Counted from the first letter of the stretch, positions 1 to 9,815 are shown. The stretch is 22,393 nt of DNA from Promethearchaeota archaeon (GCA_019058295.1 JAHPZI010000010.1:101578-123970), one strand, 5' to 3'. Translations and numbers: made by a program. Notes: generated by a model from the sequence alone, not told the origin.

Positions 1-25
1 TATAAATATTTATAAAACTATCCCT

Positions 26-46
26 ATGTGACCATAATGATCACAT
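26..46. promoter_or_regulatory. Near-perfect 21-bp palindrome, candidate operator upstream of the PadR-like gene
   Basis: ATGTGACCAT-A-ATGATCACAT has one mismatched pair. The ATGATCA half-site recurs at 79-85 and 96-102. Confidence 0.5.
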
Positions 47-129
47 TTAAATATGAGAATATTTGATAGAATCATAATATGATCAGATTAGACATATGAT
101 CAAATTTCTTAAGTAAAAAGTTTGAAAAG

Positions 130-837
130 ATGAACAGCTCGAATCAAAAAAGAAAGGAAAAACCCCCAGCATTCCAAAGAGATATGCCACCTGGGCCCCC
201 ACCTTTTTTTGGGCCCCCACCTTTTTTTAGGCCCCCTCATCACTTCGGCCCCCCTCTACCTATAACTAGAGAGGGTTTTAATGAAATGAAATTTATGATG
301 ATATTGATGCTCCTTTCAGATAATCCTAATGGTATAACAGGATATAAAATTCAGAAGAGATTTCAAATCCCCAGAGGAAACTTATTAAGAACATTAGATG
401 AATTAGTAGAAAAGAATTATTTAACAACTTCTGAATCATTAATAAAAGGGCGGGCTCAGAAATTCTTCATCCCGACTAAAAAAGGAAAAAAATATTTAAA
501 CAAATTAAGGAAAAAGTGGATAACAAGATTTTCTATGATGGCTGACATGGGTCCTCCAAGCCTTGAAGGGTTAAAGATGATGTTAACGGAGAGAATAAAA
601 GAGTTCGAATCTAAAGAAGATGCTATTGATTTTTTTAGAGGTGTAAGATCTTGGATGAAAAATATTCTTTATCATATTGAAATTAAAACAAAAAAATTAA
701 CAAAAGTTAAAGATGATATAGATATAATTATAGATAAAATCGAACTTATGGATTTTTTTGATAATGATAAAATTATAACTTTTGTAATGGATTCTATGAA
801 GAAATTTGAAGAGGAGGTTATAAGTAAGGATGAATGA
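130..837 (+). CDS. PadR-like winged-helix transcriptional regulator with Pro-rich N-terminus
   Basis: ILMLLSDNPNGITGYKI...LLRTLDELVEKNYL...FIPTKKGKKYL matches the PadR wHTH pattern, followed by a helical C-terminus. First gene of an ABC exporter operon. Confidence 0.75.
   Translation: MNSSNQKRKEKPPAFQRDMPPGPPPFFGPPPFFRPPHHFGPPLPITREGFNEMKFMMILMLLSDNPNGITGYKIQKRFQIPRGNLLRTLDELVEKNYLTTSESLIKGRAQKFFIPTKKGKKYLNKLRKKWITRFSMMADMGPPSLEGLKMMLTERIKEFESKEDAIDFFRGVRSWMKNILYHIEIKTKKLTKVKDDIDIIIDKIELMDFFDNDKIITFVMDSMKKFEEEVISKDE
193..258 (+). repeat. In-frame 18-bp tandem repeat (2 exact and 2 degenerate units)
   Basis: GGGCCCCCACCTTTTTTT at 193-210 and 211-228, then degenerate copies; encodes GPPPFF-GPPPFF-RPPHHF-GPPL. 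Confidence 0.85.
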
Positions 838-1876
838 AAATAATGATGATATATTAATTCAACTCAAAGGATTGACCAAAAGATTTGGAAACTTTTATGC
901 TGTTTCTAATATTGATTTAGAAATTAAGCGAGGTGAAATTGTGGGATTTCTTGGTCCAAATGGCGCAGGAAAAACTACAACCATGAAAATGATGGCATAC
1001 CTACTAAGACCTACCGCAGGAGAGATCTGGATTAGAAATAATGGAGATCTAACAAGATTATCATCTAAGAACAGAGATTATCTCTTAGATAATATCGGTT
1101 TTATGATTGAAATTCCTACATTTTATGGTGATATGACCCCGCGTCAAATATTAAGCTATTTTGCAAATTTGAAAGGTTATCCAAGAAAAAAGGTTAAAAT
1201 TCGTGTTGAGGAAGTAGTTCGACTATTCGGTTTATCTGAATGGATAGATACGAAAATTAAAAAGTTTTCAAAAGGAATGAAGCAGAAAATTGGTATTGGT
1301 TCAGCAATAATCCACGACCCTGAGATTATCGTATTAGATGAGCCCCAAACTGGTTTAGATCCAAAAGCAAGAAAAGATGTTCGTGATTTAATTTTGAAAC
1401 TCAAGCAGATGGAAAAAACGATTTTTCTCAGTAGCCATTTGCTTTATGAAATTTCAGAAGTAGCTGATAGAATAGCTATAATCCATAAATCAAAATTAAT
1501 CGCTTATGATACATTAGATAATTTAGAATTAAAGTCTCGTAAAAGTCTAATAAATTTTGAATTAATTGATTACTCAAAACATAATTTGACAGATTTAATA
1601 GAAAGGCTCAATAAAATTATTCTACCTTTAAATGGATTAGGGAGTGGTAGCGTTAATAAAATAAGATTTAATGAGAATTCTAAAATGTTTGAAGTACCTT
1701 TTAATGGAGTTCCTGAAAATCAATTAAAAATTCATAAAGCTCTCTTTGAAAACAATTTTAATGTATTAGAATTTTCAGTACCTAAAGCGAATTTATTAGA
1801 GAGTTTGTTCATTGATCTTACTGACGAATCTTATAAGGAAATGCTTTCTCCTGAGCGAGAAATTATACCTAATTAA
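830..1876 (+). CDS. ABC-2 type exporter ATP-binding subunit
   Basis: Walker A GPNGAGKTT, signature FSKGMKQK, Walker B IIVLDEP, H-loop SSH. Overlaps the upstream gene by 8 nt. Confidence 0.95.
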   Translation: MNENNDDILIQLKGLTKRFGNFYAVSNIDLEIKRGEIVGFLGPNGAGKTTTMKMMAYLLRPTAGEIWIRNNGDLTRLSSKNRDYLLDNIGFMIEIPTFYGDMTPRQILSYFANLKGYPRKKVKIRVEEVVRLFGLSEWIDTKIKKFSKGMKQKIGIGSAIIHDPEIIVLDEPQTGLDPKARKDVRDLILKLKQMEKTIFLSSHLLYEISEVADRIAIIHKSKLIAYDTLDNLELKSRKSLINFELIDYSKHNLTDLIERLNKIILPLNGLGSGSVNKIRFNENSKMFEVPFNGVPENQLKIHKALFENNFNVLEFSVPKANLLESLFIDLTDESYKEMLSPEREIIPN

Positions 1877-1899
1877 TAAAAAATTATGGAGGAAAAAAA

Positions 1900-2796
1900 A
1901 TGTCAACAGAATTAAAACAAGAACAATTAGAGATTGAAAAAATTATTAAAGAAAAGCAAACAATTGGAATAAATCGTTATATTACTCAGATTACTGATAC
2001 AATCAATTTTGAAATTAAAAGAACGTGGAAAACATTTATTATTATGCTATTCGTTTATTTAGGTATCTTTTTACTAAGTTTATTATTAGCTGAACTTCGA
2101 GAGGCAGCTGGAGTCGAATTACCTGAAGAATCTATTGATTATCTTGGAGATTATTTTGGTTTTTTTGGAATTCTCATAATAATAAGTACGGCTACGTTTG
2201 GAGGAGGAATAATTGCTGAGGATTTTCAAAAACAGACAGGAAATTTATTATTCCCAAAAATTAGTAAAAGTCGTCTTTTGATTGGGAGAATAATCTCACG
2301 ATATGCTTTAAACGTAATTCTGATAGCTTTTTATTATTTAATGGTTGGTATCATTACATTTTATAAATATCAAGAATTACCAGACACCTATATAATATCA
2401 ATGGGCTGGGCTTTATTTTATACATTTATGGTCTTTACAATTGTAATTTTCATGAGTAGTATTAATAAAAGTAAATCCGCCGCTATCATTATAAGTATCT
2501 TATTATTTCTCATAGCATTCAACATTATTGACTCTATCTTGATGTTTACTAGGACTGGTATTGAACCAATATTTTTACCTACCTATTATGAAAATATAAT
2601 TCAAGCAAGTTTAGATATGCCTGACCCCCGATTTGAAACTGTTAGCTTTGGACGCCCTGGCGGAAATAATCCTGAATTTAAACGATGGTTAACACCCAGT
2701 ATACCTGGTGCTATAATTGGAATGTCTCTTATTTCCTTTTTAACACTTACTGCCGCATATCTATTATATAAAACACGACAAAGTAAAAATGAATAA
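1900..2796 (+). CDS. ABC-2 type exporter permease
   Basis: About 6 hydrophobic segments and an IAEDFQKQTGNLLF motif; follows the ATPase; GGAGG upstream. Confidence 0.85.
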   Translation: MSTELKQEQLEIEKIIKEKQTIGINRYITQITDTINFEIKRTWKTFIIMLFVYLGIFLLSLLLAELREAAGVELPEESIDYLGDYFGFFGILIIISTATFGGGIIAEDFQKQTGNLLFPKISKSRLLIGRIISRYALNVILIAFYYLMVGIITFYKYQELPDTYIISMGWALFYTFMVFTIVIFMSSINKSKSAAIIISILLFLIAFNIIDSILMFTRTGIEPIFLPTYYENIIQASLDMPDPRFETVSFGRPGGNNPEFKRWLTPSIPGAIIGMSLISFLTLTAAYLLYKTRQSKNE

Positions 2797-2854
2797 TTTA
2801 ATTTCCTTTTTTTTAAAAAAAGTTATGATTAATCATATATAGGTATAAATTGTG

Positions 2855-4168
2855 ATGAATGAAAATATCATAGAAGTTAAGGGTCTTACAAAAATCTACG
2901 TAGATGGTAATGTTTTAGCCGTAGATGATATTAGTTTTAATATTAAGAAAGGTGAGATTTTTGCCCTTCTTGGTCCTAATGGCGCTGGTAAAACCACTAC
3001 GATAAGTATGCTTGCAACTTTATTAGATGTGACAAAAGGATCCGCATTAGTAAATGGTTATGATGTTAAAAAGGAATCCGATAAAGTTAGAAGGAGCATA
3101 GGAATTGTCTTTCAAGAACCATCATTGGATAATGAAATGAAAGGTCGTGAGAATTTAGAGTTGCATGGAATTCTCTATGGCATGCCGAAAAAGCAAAGAA
3201 GGGAAAAAATTAAAGAAGTATTAAAATTAGTCGATCTTGAGGAAAAAGCTAATATTTATACAAAGAATTATTCAGGAGGAATGAAACGACGTTTAGAAAT
3301 CGCACGGGGTTTATTACATGAACCTAAAGTGCTATTCCTTGATGAACCTACTCTTGGTTTAGATCCTCAAACGCGTAGAAAGATTTGGGAAAAGATTAAG
3401 GAATTAAACCAAGGAGATTCGGAAATAACAATTTTAATTACAACTCATTATATGGAAGAGGCAGATGAGCTTGCAAATAGAATCTGTATAATGGATCATG
3501 GAAAAATAATCGCTTTAGATACATCAGAGAACTTAAAAAAGCAAATTTCGGGTGATATCATTGATATCGAATTCGAAAAGATTGAAGATCACACAAAACT
3601 CCCAATAATTATTTCCTCCCTAAAACAATTACCAAATATTAAAAATATCTCTTTTGGTAATTCGTCTCAAGAAAATATGTCATTGGATATGAAACTTCCG
3701 CCTGGAATTAATCCTGAAATGATAAAAATGCGAATGAAAGAGATGATGTCAGATCCCAAAAAACTTTTAAAAGCATTTAAAAAATATCCAATGGCATCTC
3801 AAATGTTTTTAAATGCCCCTTTTGAAATTAAAAAAAGAATTTCTAATCTTTTTACTGAGGATTTCATTGATCAGATTCCAGAAGGAATTAAAGAAGAGAT
3901 TATTAAAATCAGAAAAGGAGAGTTAACTGAAAGTAATCAGTTTTCTACTCCGGAGATTTCCGTATCATGTGAGAATGGAAGTAAATGTCTCTCGCCAATT
4001 ATTCAAAAAATTAATGATAATGGTTTGAGTATTAAATCTATAAATATGCATCAGCCAAAATTAGAGGATGTGTTCCTACATTTCGTAGGTAGTGCTATTA
4101 GAGAAGAATCTTCTGATCGTGTAAAAGGAATAAAGAGTATGATAAAGATGAGACAATTGAGGAAGTGA
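2855..4168 (+). CDS. ABC-2 (DrrA-like) ATP-binding subunit with a ~95-aa C-terminal insertion
   Basis: GPNGAGKTT, YSGGMKRR, LFLDEPT, TTHYMEEA and the terminal P-x-LEDVF motif. ATG at 2855; alternative GTG at 2852. Confidence 0.93.
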   Translation: MNENIIEVKGLTKIYVDGNVLAVDDISFNIKKGEIFALLGPNGAGKTTTISMLATLLDVTKGSALVNGYDVKKESDKVRRSIGIVFQEPSLDNEMKGRENLELHGILYGMPKKQRREKIKEVLKLVDLEEKANIYTKNYSGGMKRRLEIARGLLHEPKVLFLDEPTLGLDPQTRRKIWEKIKELNQGDSEITILITTHYMEEADELANRICIMDHGKIIALDTSENLKKQISGDIIDIEFEKIEDHTKLPIIISSLKQLPNIKNISFGNSSQENMSLDMKLPPGINPEMIKMRMKEMMSDPKKLLKAFKKYPMASQMFLNAPFEIKKRISNLFTEDFIDQIPEGIKEEIIKIRKGELTESNQFSTPEISVSCENGSKCLSPIIQKINDNGLSIKSINMHQPKLEDVFLHFVGSAIREESSDRVKGIKSMIKMRQLRK

Positions 4169-4174
4169 GGTTAG

Positions 4175-4975
4175 ATGTCAGATTTAAATTTATTATTGAA
4201 AAAAAATAATTTTTCCGTCATATGGATATTAGCAAAAAGAGAATTATTTGAATTTGTAAGAAATAAACCAAGAATTATTACAGCAATAGTCCAAGGTATA
4301 TTCTTTCTATTGGTCTTTAGTGCGGGTTTTGCATTCATTGGAATTAGAATACAAGGTATTTCCGTCGATCCGAGAGCTTTCACCGCTTCGGGAATTGCTG
4401 CGATAATGATTTTATTTACAGGTATATTTGGGGGAATGAGTGTACTGCGCGATAAAATGTTTGGTTTTATGAGGGAATTGATTGTAGCTCCTGTTAATCG
4501 CAGAATTTTAATGACAGGTAAAACCTTAGGAGTCGCTTTACAGACTTTAATTCAAGTCGAAATTATCCTTTGTTTAGGTGTAGCCTTCGGATTTTTTGGA
4601 TATGATGTTAGTTTAATTTGGCGTTTAATATTAGTAATTCCTATTGCATTCTTAGCAAGTGTGGGTATTGTCGGTGTGGGTTTAACAATTAGCACTCGTA
4701 TAAGAGACTTTCAATCATTTGGACTAATTCAGACATTTATCGTATTGCCAATGTTTTGGCTTTCTGGAGCATTATTTGCTTTTAATAATGTTCCAGTTCC
4801 AATGCAAATTGCAATGATGATGAATCCATTTACTTATAGTGTCGATCTTATAAGATATGTAGTATTAGGGGTTTCTTTCTTCCCATTCTGGCTTGATTTA
4901 ATAGTAATGTTCGCTTTTGGAATTATAATGATTTTTCTTGGGGCATGGTCTTTTAATAAAATGGAACTAAGTTAA
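4175..4975 (+). CDS. ABC-2 (DrrB-like) permease
   Basis: DKMFGFMRELIVAPV, PMFWLSGALF and NPFTYSVDLIR motifs; about 6 TM segments. Confidence 0.92.
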   Translation: MSDLNLLLKKNNFSVIWILAKRELFEFVRNKPRIITAIVQGIFFLLVFSAGFAFIGIRIQGISVDPRAFTASGIAAIMILFTGIFGGMSVLRDKMFGFMRELIVAPVNRRILMTGKTLGVALQTLIQVEIILCLGVAFGFFGYDVSLIWRLILVIPIAFLASVGIVGVGLTISTRIRDFQSFGLIQTFIVLPMFWLSGALFAFNNVPVPMQIAMMMNPFTYSVDLIRYVVLGVSFFPFWLDLIVMFAFGIIMIFLGAWSFNKMELS

Positions 4976-4980
4976 ATCAG

Positions 4981-4998
4981 AAAAAAATTTTTTTTTTT
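4981..4998. terminator. Candidate bidirectional oligo-T terminator between convergent genes
   Basis: An A-run followed by a T-run in the 35-nt gap between the permease stop and the carB stop. Confidence 0.5.
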
Positions 4999-5010
4999 AA
5001 AAGAAACTGA

Positions 5011-8000
5011 TTACCAATAAATTTCTCGTAATTCCGAATGATATTCATTCAATGATTTTATTGATTTTTTCTTCTTCCTAGTTTTTCCAATCGCTTCAAC
5101 AAGGGCATTTGCAAGCTCTAAATTCACAATTACAGGTACATTGTAATTTACTGCCATTCTTCGTATTTGATACTCATCCTCAAGGATTTTTTCAAATTTT
5201 TCTTCTAATGTTGTTGGCATTGGAATGTTTATTACGAGATCAATTGCTCCATTTTGTAAGCAGTTCATTATATTGGGCTCCATCCCTGCCTCATGAATTT
5301 TATAAAGTTTTACAGCATATATCCCTTTATTTTTTAATGCTAAAGCAGTGTCTTCGGTTGCAAAAATAGTGAATCCAAGATCCTTAAACTTTTTAGCTAT
5401 TGGTATTACTTGTTTTTTTAATTCTTCTCCACCCAATGAAATTAGTATATTTCCTCCCTGTAATGGTATATTATTTTCTGCAGCCTCAAGAGATTTTATT
5501 AATGCTTCAGGAAAATCATCACCAAAACAAGAAATCTCTCCTGTTGAGCTCATTTCAACTCCAAGTCTAAAATCAGCCTTATCCAACCTCATAAAAGAAA
5601 ACATAGGTGCCTTTACTGCAACATAATTTCCTAAAGGCATATTCATTAATTTTTCAGGTATTTTTTTTCCCATAAACACCTCGGCAGCAAGTCTCATTAG
5701 ATTTATACCACGTGCCTTTGAGACATAAGGCATACTTCGGCTTGATCTTAGGTTGCATTCAATAACATATACTTCATTATCTTTTACTAAATATTGGACA
5801 TTAAAAGGCCCCCTAATTTTTAAAGCTAAAGCAATTTTTTTAGTATATTCCTCAATCTTTTTAATTACGAGTTCTGTAATCGTATAATATCCAATTGACA
5901 TTGTAGCATCTCCAGAATGTACACCTGCATTCTCAATGTGTTCTACTATAGCTCCTATAAACACACTTTCACCATCAGAAACTCCATCACATTCTACCTC
6001 TCGAGCATTTGTAAAGAACTTTGTAATTACTACCGGATACTCTTTTGATACGGCCGCAGCAAGATCAAGAGTATCTTTAAGAGTTTTTTCGTTATATGAT
6101 ACTCTCATTGCAGCGCCAGATAAAACATAAGACGGGCGAACTAATACAGGATAACCCACCTTTTTAGCAAATTCAAAAGCCTCCTCTGTAGTTGTTAACA
6201 TAGCCCATTCTGGTTGTTTAATGTTGAGTTGATCCAAAAGAGAACTGAATTTGGATCTATCTTCTGCCATGTCAATCCTGCTTCCATGAGTACCTAAAAT
6301 ATTTAAGCTAACTTTTCTAAAAAACTCCGAATACTTTGTGAATTTAGCAGCTAAATTCTGGGCTATTTGACCACCAACCGAAAGAACAATTCCGCCGGGA
6401 TTCTCGAGCTCACAGATATCCAAAACTCTTTCGCCGCTAAGTTCCTCGAAATAGAGCTTATCAGCAGTCTCTGTGTCAGTTGAAACAGTCTCCGGGTTGA
6501 AGTTAATCATAATTGCCTCATCAACACCTAATTTTTTTAACCCCCAGAGACAATTAACAGAACCCCAATCAAATTCTACGGAAGCTCCAATACGGTAAGT
6601 TCCCGAACCTAACACAATAATTTTTCTTATTTTTTCATTTTTTTCTTGTTCAAAGTCTATATCATGTTCAGATGCTGCATAAGTTAGGTACAAATAATTT
6701 GTTATAGCGGGCCATTCGGCAGCTAATGTATCGATTCTTTTTACAAAAGGTTGGATATTAAATTTTCTTTTACGCATATCTCTTATTTTTATCGTATCCA
6801 CTCCCATTATCGAAGCGATTTGTCCATCAGAAAAACCAAAACGCTTTGCCATCTCTAGCCAATATTTCTTTTCATCATTATTTGTTACTAAAAAATCCAT
6901 TTCTGCTAATTTATCTTCTATATCAATAACATTCTTTATTTTATGAAGAAACCATTTATCAACACGTGATAATTTATAAATTTCATCAAGAGAAATCCCT
7001 TTTTTAAGAGCCTCAACAACTCTAAATACTCTTAAATCTGTTGGATTATTTAATGCATATTTTAATTCATTTATATCTTCGATTGGCTCAATATTATTCC
7101 CTACTAATCCTTTCATACCTATATCTAACATTCTTATAGCCTTTTGCATTACTTCTTCGAATGTTCTACCGATTGCCATGACCTCCCCTACACTTTTCAT
7201 TTGGCTTCCAATCGATCTATCAACTCTATGAAACTTAGTTAAATCCCATCGAGGTATTTTTAGCACAAGATAATCGAGGGCGGGTTCAAAACATGCTGTT
7301 GTAATCCCCGTAATTTTATTTTTTAATTCAGGGAGGGTATATCCAATGGCTAATTTTGCCGCCATATATGCTAAAGGATAACCTGTCGCTTTGGAGGCAA
7401 GTGCTGATGATCGAGAGAGTCGCGCATTCACTTCAATTGCTCGAAATTCCTTAGAAAAAGGATCTAACCCATATTGAATATTGCATTCTCCTATTATACC
7501 AAGATTTCGGATTACTCGGATTGAAGCTGAACGGAGCATTTGATATTCTTCATTTGTTAAAGTTTGTGAGGGTGCTACAACAATGCTTTCTCCTGTATGT
7601 ATTCCGACAGGATCAAAGTTTTCCATATTACAATTAATAAAGCAGTTATCATCTGCGTCTCTTACAACTTCATACTCGATCTCCTTCCAGCCCCATATAC
7701 TCTCTTCAATTAAAATTTGGTTAATTCTTGATTGGGCAAGCCCCTTCTTAGCCATTTTTTCAAATACTCGCATGTTGCTGCATATACCAGAACCTCTACC
7801 ACCTAAGGTGTATGCAACTCGAATCATACATGGAAATCCAATCTCCTCGGCAGCATTAAGAGCTTCAGTATATGAGGATACTGCTCTGCTCTTACATACT
7901 TTTACTCCTGATTTATCCATAGCTTTTACGAATAAGTCACGGTCTTCTGTTGCTTCAATTGCTTCAATAGGAGTTCCTAAAACTTTCACATTATATTTTT

Positions 8001-8325
8001 CTAAGATTCCCAACTCTTTAAGCTCAACACCTACATTTAATGCTGTTTGACCACCAAAAGCTAATAAGATTCCATCTGGTTGTTCTTTTTTTACAACTTC
8101 CTCGACATACTCTACATTTAAAGGTAACAAATATACTCTATCTGAAAGTTGTGGATCAGTTTGAATTGTAGCTATATTTGGATTAATTAAGATCGTTTCT
8201 ATGCCTTCTTCCTTTAATGCCTTTAGCACTTGAGAACCAGAGTAATCAAATTCTCCTGCTTGACCTATTCGAATCCCCCCAGAACCAAGAACCAGTGCCT
8301 TCTTGATTGTTTTATTAAGCGGCAT
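5011..8325 (-). CDS. carB: Carbamoyl-phosphate synthase large subunit
   Basis: IGQAGEFDYSGSQ, NMENFDPVGIHTGES, EVNARLSRSSALASKATGYP, a second ATP-grasp half (VRPSYVLSG, GVHSGDA) and a C-terminal MGS-like domain. Confidence 0.98.
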   Translation of the reverse strand: MPLNKTIKKALVLGSGGIRIGQAGEFDYSGSQVLKALKEEGIETILINPNIATIQTDPQLSDRVYLLPLNVEYVEEVVKKEQPDGILLAFGGQTALNVGVELKELGILEKYNVKVLGTPIEAIEATEDRDLFVKAMDKSGVKVCKSRAVSSYTEALNAAEEIGFPCMIRVAYTLGGRGSGICSNMRVFEKMAKKGLAQSRINQILIEESIWGWKEIEYEVVRDADDNCFINCNMENFDPVGIHTGESIVVAPSQTLTNEEYQMLRSASIRVIRNLGIIGECNIQYGLDPFSKEFRAIEVNARLSRSSALASKATGYPLAYMAAKLAIGYTLPELKNKITGITTACFEPALDYLVLKIPRWDLTKFHRVDRSIGSQMKSVGEVMAIGRTFEEVMQKAIRMLDIGMKGLVGNNIEPIEDINELKYALNNPTDLRVFRVVEALKKGISLDEIYKLSRVDKWFLHKIKNVIDIEDKLAEMDFLVTNNDEKKYWLEMAKRFGFSDGQIASIMGVDTIKIRDMRKRKFNIQPFVKRIDTLAAEWPAITNYLYLTYAASEHDIDFEQEKNEKIRKIIVLGSGTYRIGASVEFDWGSVNCLWGLKKLGVDEAIMINFNPETVSTDTETADKLYFEELSGERVLDICELENPGGIVLSVGGQIAQNLAAKFTKYSEFFRKVSLNILGTHGSRIDMAEDRSKFSSLLDQLNIKQPEWAMLTTTEEAFEFAKKVGYPVLVRPSYVLSGAAMRVSYNEKTLKDTLDLAAAVSKEYPVVITKFFTNAREVECDGVSDGESVFIGAIVEHIENAGVHSGDATMSIGYYTITELVIKKIEEYTKKIALALKIRGPFNVQYLVKDNEVYVIECNLRSSRSMPYVSKARGINLMRLAAEVFMGKKIPEKLMNMPLGNYVAVKAPMFSFMRLDKADFRLGVEMSSTGEISCFGDDFPEALIKSLEAAENNIPLQGGNILISLGGEELKKQVIPIAKKFKDLGFTIFATEDTALALKNKGIYAVKLYKIHEAGMEPNIMNCLQNGAIDLVINIPMPTTLEEKFEKILEDEYQIRRMAVNYNVPVIVNLELANALVEAIGKTRKKKKSIKSLNEYHSELREIYW

Positions 8326-9463
8326 TTTTACTCAACTCCATGTTTTCTAAAAATTTATCAAATAGATATAGACTATCAAAAGGACCTGGACATGCTTCAG
8401 GATGGAATTGAACTGCGAAAATGGGTTTTGTTTCATGAACAATTCCTTCGTTTGTATCATCATCAATATTTTTTAAAAACTCTTTAAATCCCCCTTTTTC
8501 AAAATCTTTCACGCAAAAACCATGGTTTTGAGTGGTAATATAACATTTTTTAGTTTCTAAATGAATTACTGTTTTATTACCGCCCCTATGACCATATTTT
8601 AATTTATATGAAGTCCCACCAGCAGCTAAACCAATAATTTGATTTCCTAAACATATTCCAAAAGTAGGTATATTATTTTTAATTAAATTTTTACAAACAT
8701 CAATGGTTTCCTTATATACCGCAGGATCTCCTGGACCGTTGGAGATAAACACACCATCTGGATTATATGACATAATTTTATCATAATTATAATTATTCGG
8801 AACTACAATCGTTTCTACTCCTCTTTGAACAAAATTTCTCAGGATATTCAGTTTAACACCCATATCAAGGACTACAACTCTTCCAAGGGAATTCGGAGGG
8901 ATATATTTTTTTACTTCTTTTGTTGATACTTCGCTTGATAAATGTCTTAAATTTGGATCTTCAGCTTTTTTGACAATTTCTTTTAATTCTTCAATATTTG
9001 GTGTCTCTCCGGAGTTATAAACAGCTAAAAGACCAATTTGAACACCCTCTTCTCTTAAAATCTTAGTAATAGCACGAGTATCAATCCATTCTATCCCGGG
9101 AACATCTTGCTCTTTGAGAAATATATCAAGTGTTTTAACACTTTCGTAATGACTCGGTTCTTTACAACATTCATTTACTACAAAACCACTAACTTTAATT
9201 GAATCGGATTCAAAATGTTTAGTTATTCCAAATTCATCCTTTTCCCATGGAGGAACACCATAATTTCCGATAAGAGGATGTGTCATTATTACAATCTGAC
9301 CTTGATATGAAGGATCCGTCAGAGTTTCGTTATATCCTGCACCTGTTATGGTAGTAAAAACAAGTTCGCCTGTAACTATTTTTGTCGCTCCGAAACCAAT
9401 CCCTTGAAAATAACGACCGTCTTGAAACATTAAAATTGCTGGCTTTTCGTTCTTATAAAACAT
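8315..9463 (-). CDS. carA: Carbamoyl-phosphate synthase small (glutaminase) subunit
   Basis: LTDPSYQGQI, SNGPGDP, catalytic GICLGNQ, QNHGF and QFHPEA. Overlaps carB by 11 nt. Confidence 0.98.
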   Translation of the reverse strand: MFYKNEKPAILMFQDGRYFQGIGFGATKIVTGELVFTTITGAGYNETLTDPSYQGQIVIMTHPLIGNYGVPPWEKDEFGITKHFESDSIKVSGFVVNECCKEPSHYESVKTLDIFLKEQDVPGIEWIDTRAITKILREEGVQIGLLAVYNSGETPNIEELKEIVKKAEDPNLRHLSSEVSTKEVKKYIPPNSLGRVVVLDMGVKLNILRNFVQRGVETIVVPNNYNYDKIMSYNPDGVFISNGPGDPAVYKETIDVCKNLIKNNIPTFGICLGNQIIGLAAGGTSYKLKYGHRGGNKTVIHLETKKCYITTQNHGFCVKDFEKGGFKEFLKNIDDDTNEGIVHETKPIFAVQFHPEACPGPFDSLYLFDKFLENMELSKNAA

Positions 9464-9635
9464 ACTAATTATCGTATAATTTTTCTCCTATCTCTTTAAA
9501 ACATAGATAGCTAATAATTTTTTTTAATCTTATTTATTAACCAGTTATATTTCTTGGTTAATACAAAAAAATCAATATAATTGTATAAAAGAAAAAAAGA
9601 ATAAAGAAATACTAAAAAATTCTAATTTTAAATGG

Positions 9636-9815
9636 TTAATCATCTACATAATCATCATCGTAATCCTCATCATCTTCGTCATCTATAACATCAGCGTCAT
9701 CATAAATCTCAGCTTCAGAATAACAATCTTTGCAATAAGGCTTACCTTGTTCGTAAGTTATTTCCGACTTCGGAAACTCTTCCCCACAATAAGCACATTT
9801 AATATACTTCACCAA
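9636..9815 (-). CDS. Small zinc-finger protein with acidic tail (59 aa; absent from the ORF track)
   Basis: Hand translation: MVKYIKCAYCGEEFPKSEITYEQGKPYCKDCYSEAEIYDDADVIDDEDDEDYDDDYVDD*. TTG start (or GTG at 9812), with GGAGG 8 nt upstream at 9824-9828. Pattern C-x2-C-x17-C-x2-C. Confidence 0.85.
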   Translation of the reverse strand: MVKYIKCAYCGEEFPKSEITYEQGKPYCKDCYSEAEIYDDADVIDDEDDEDYDDDYVDD

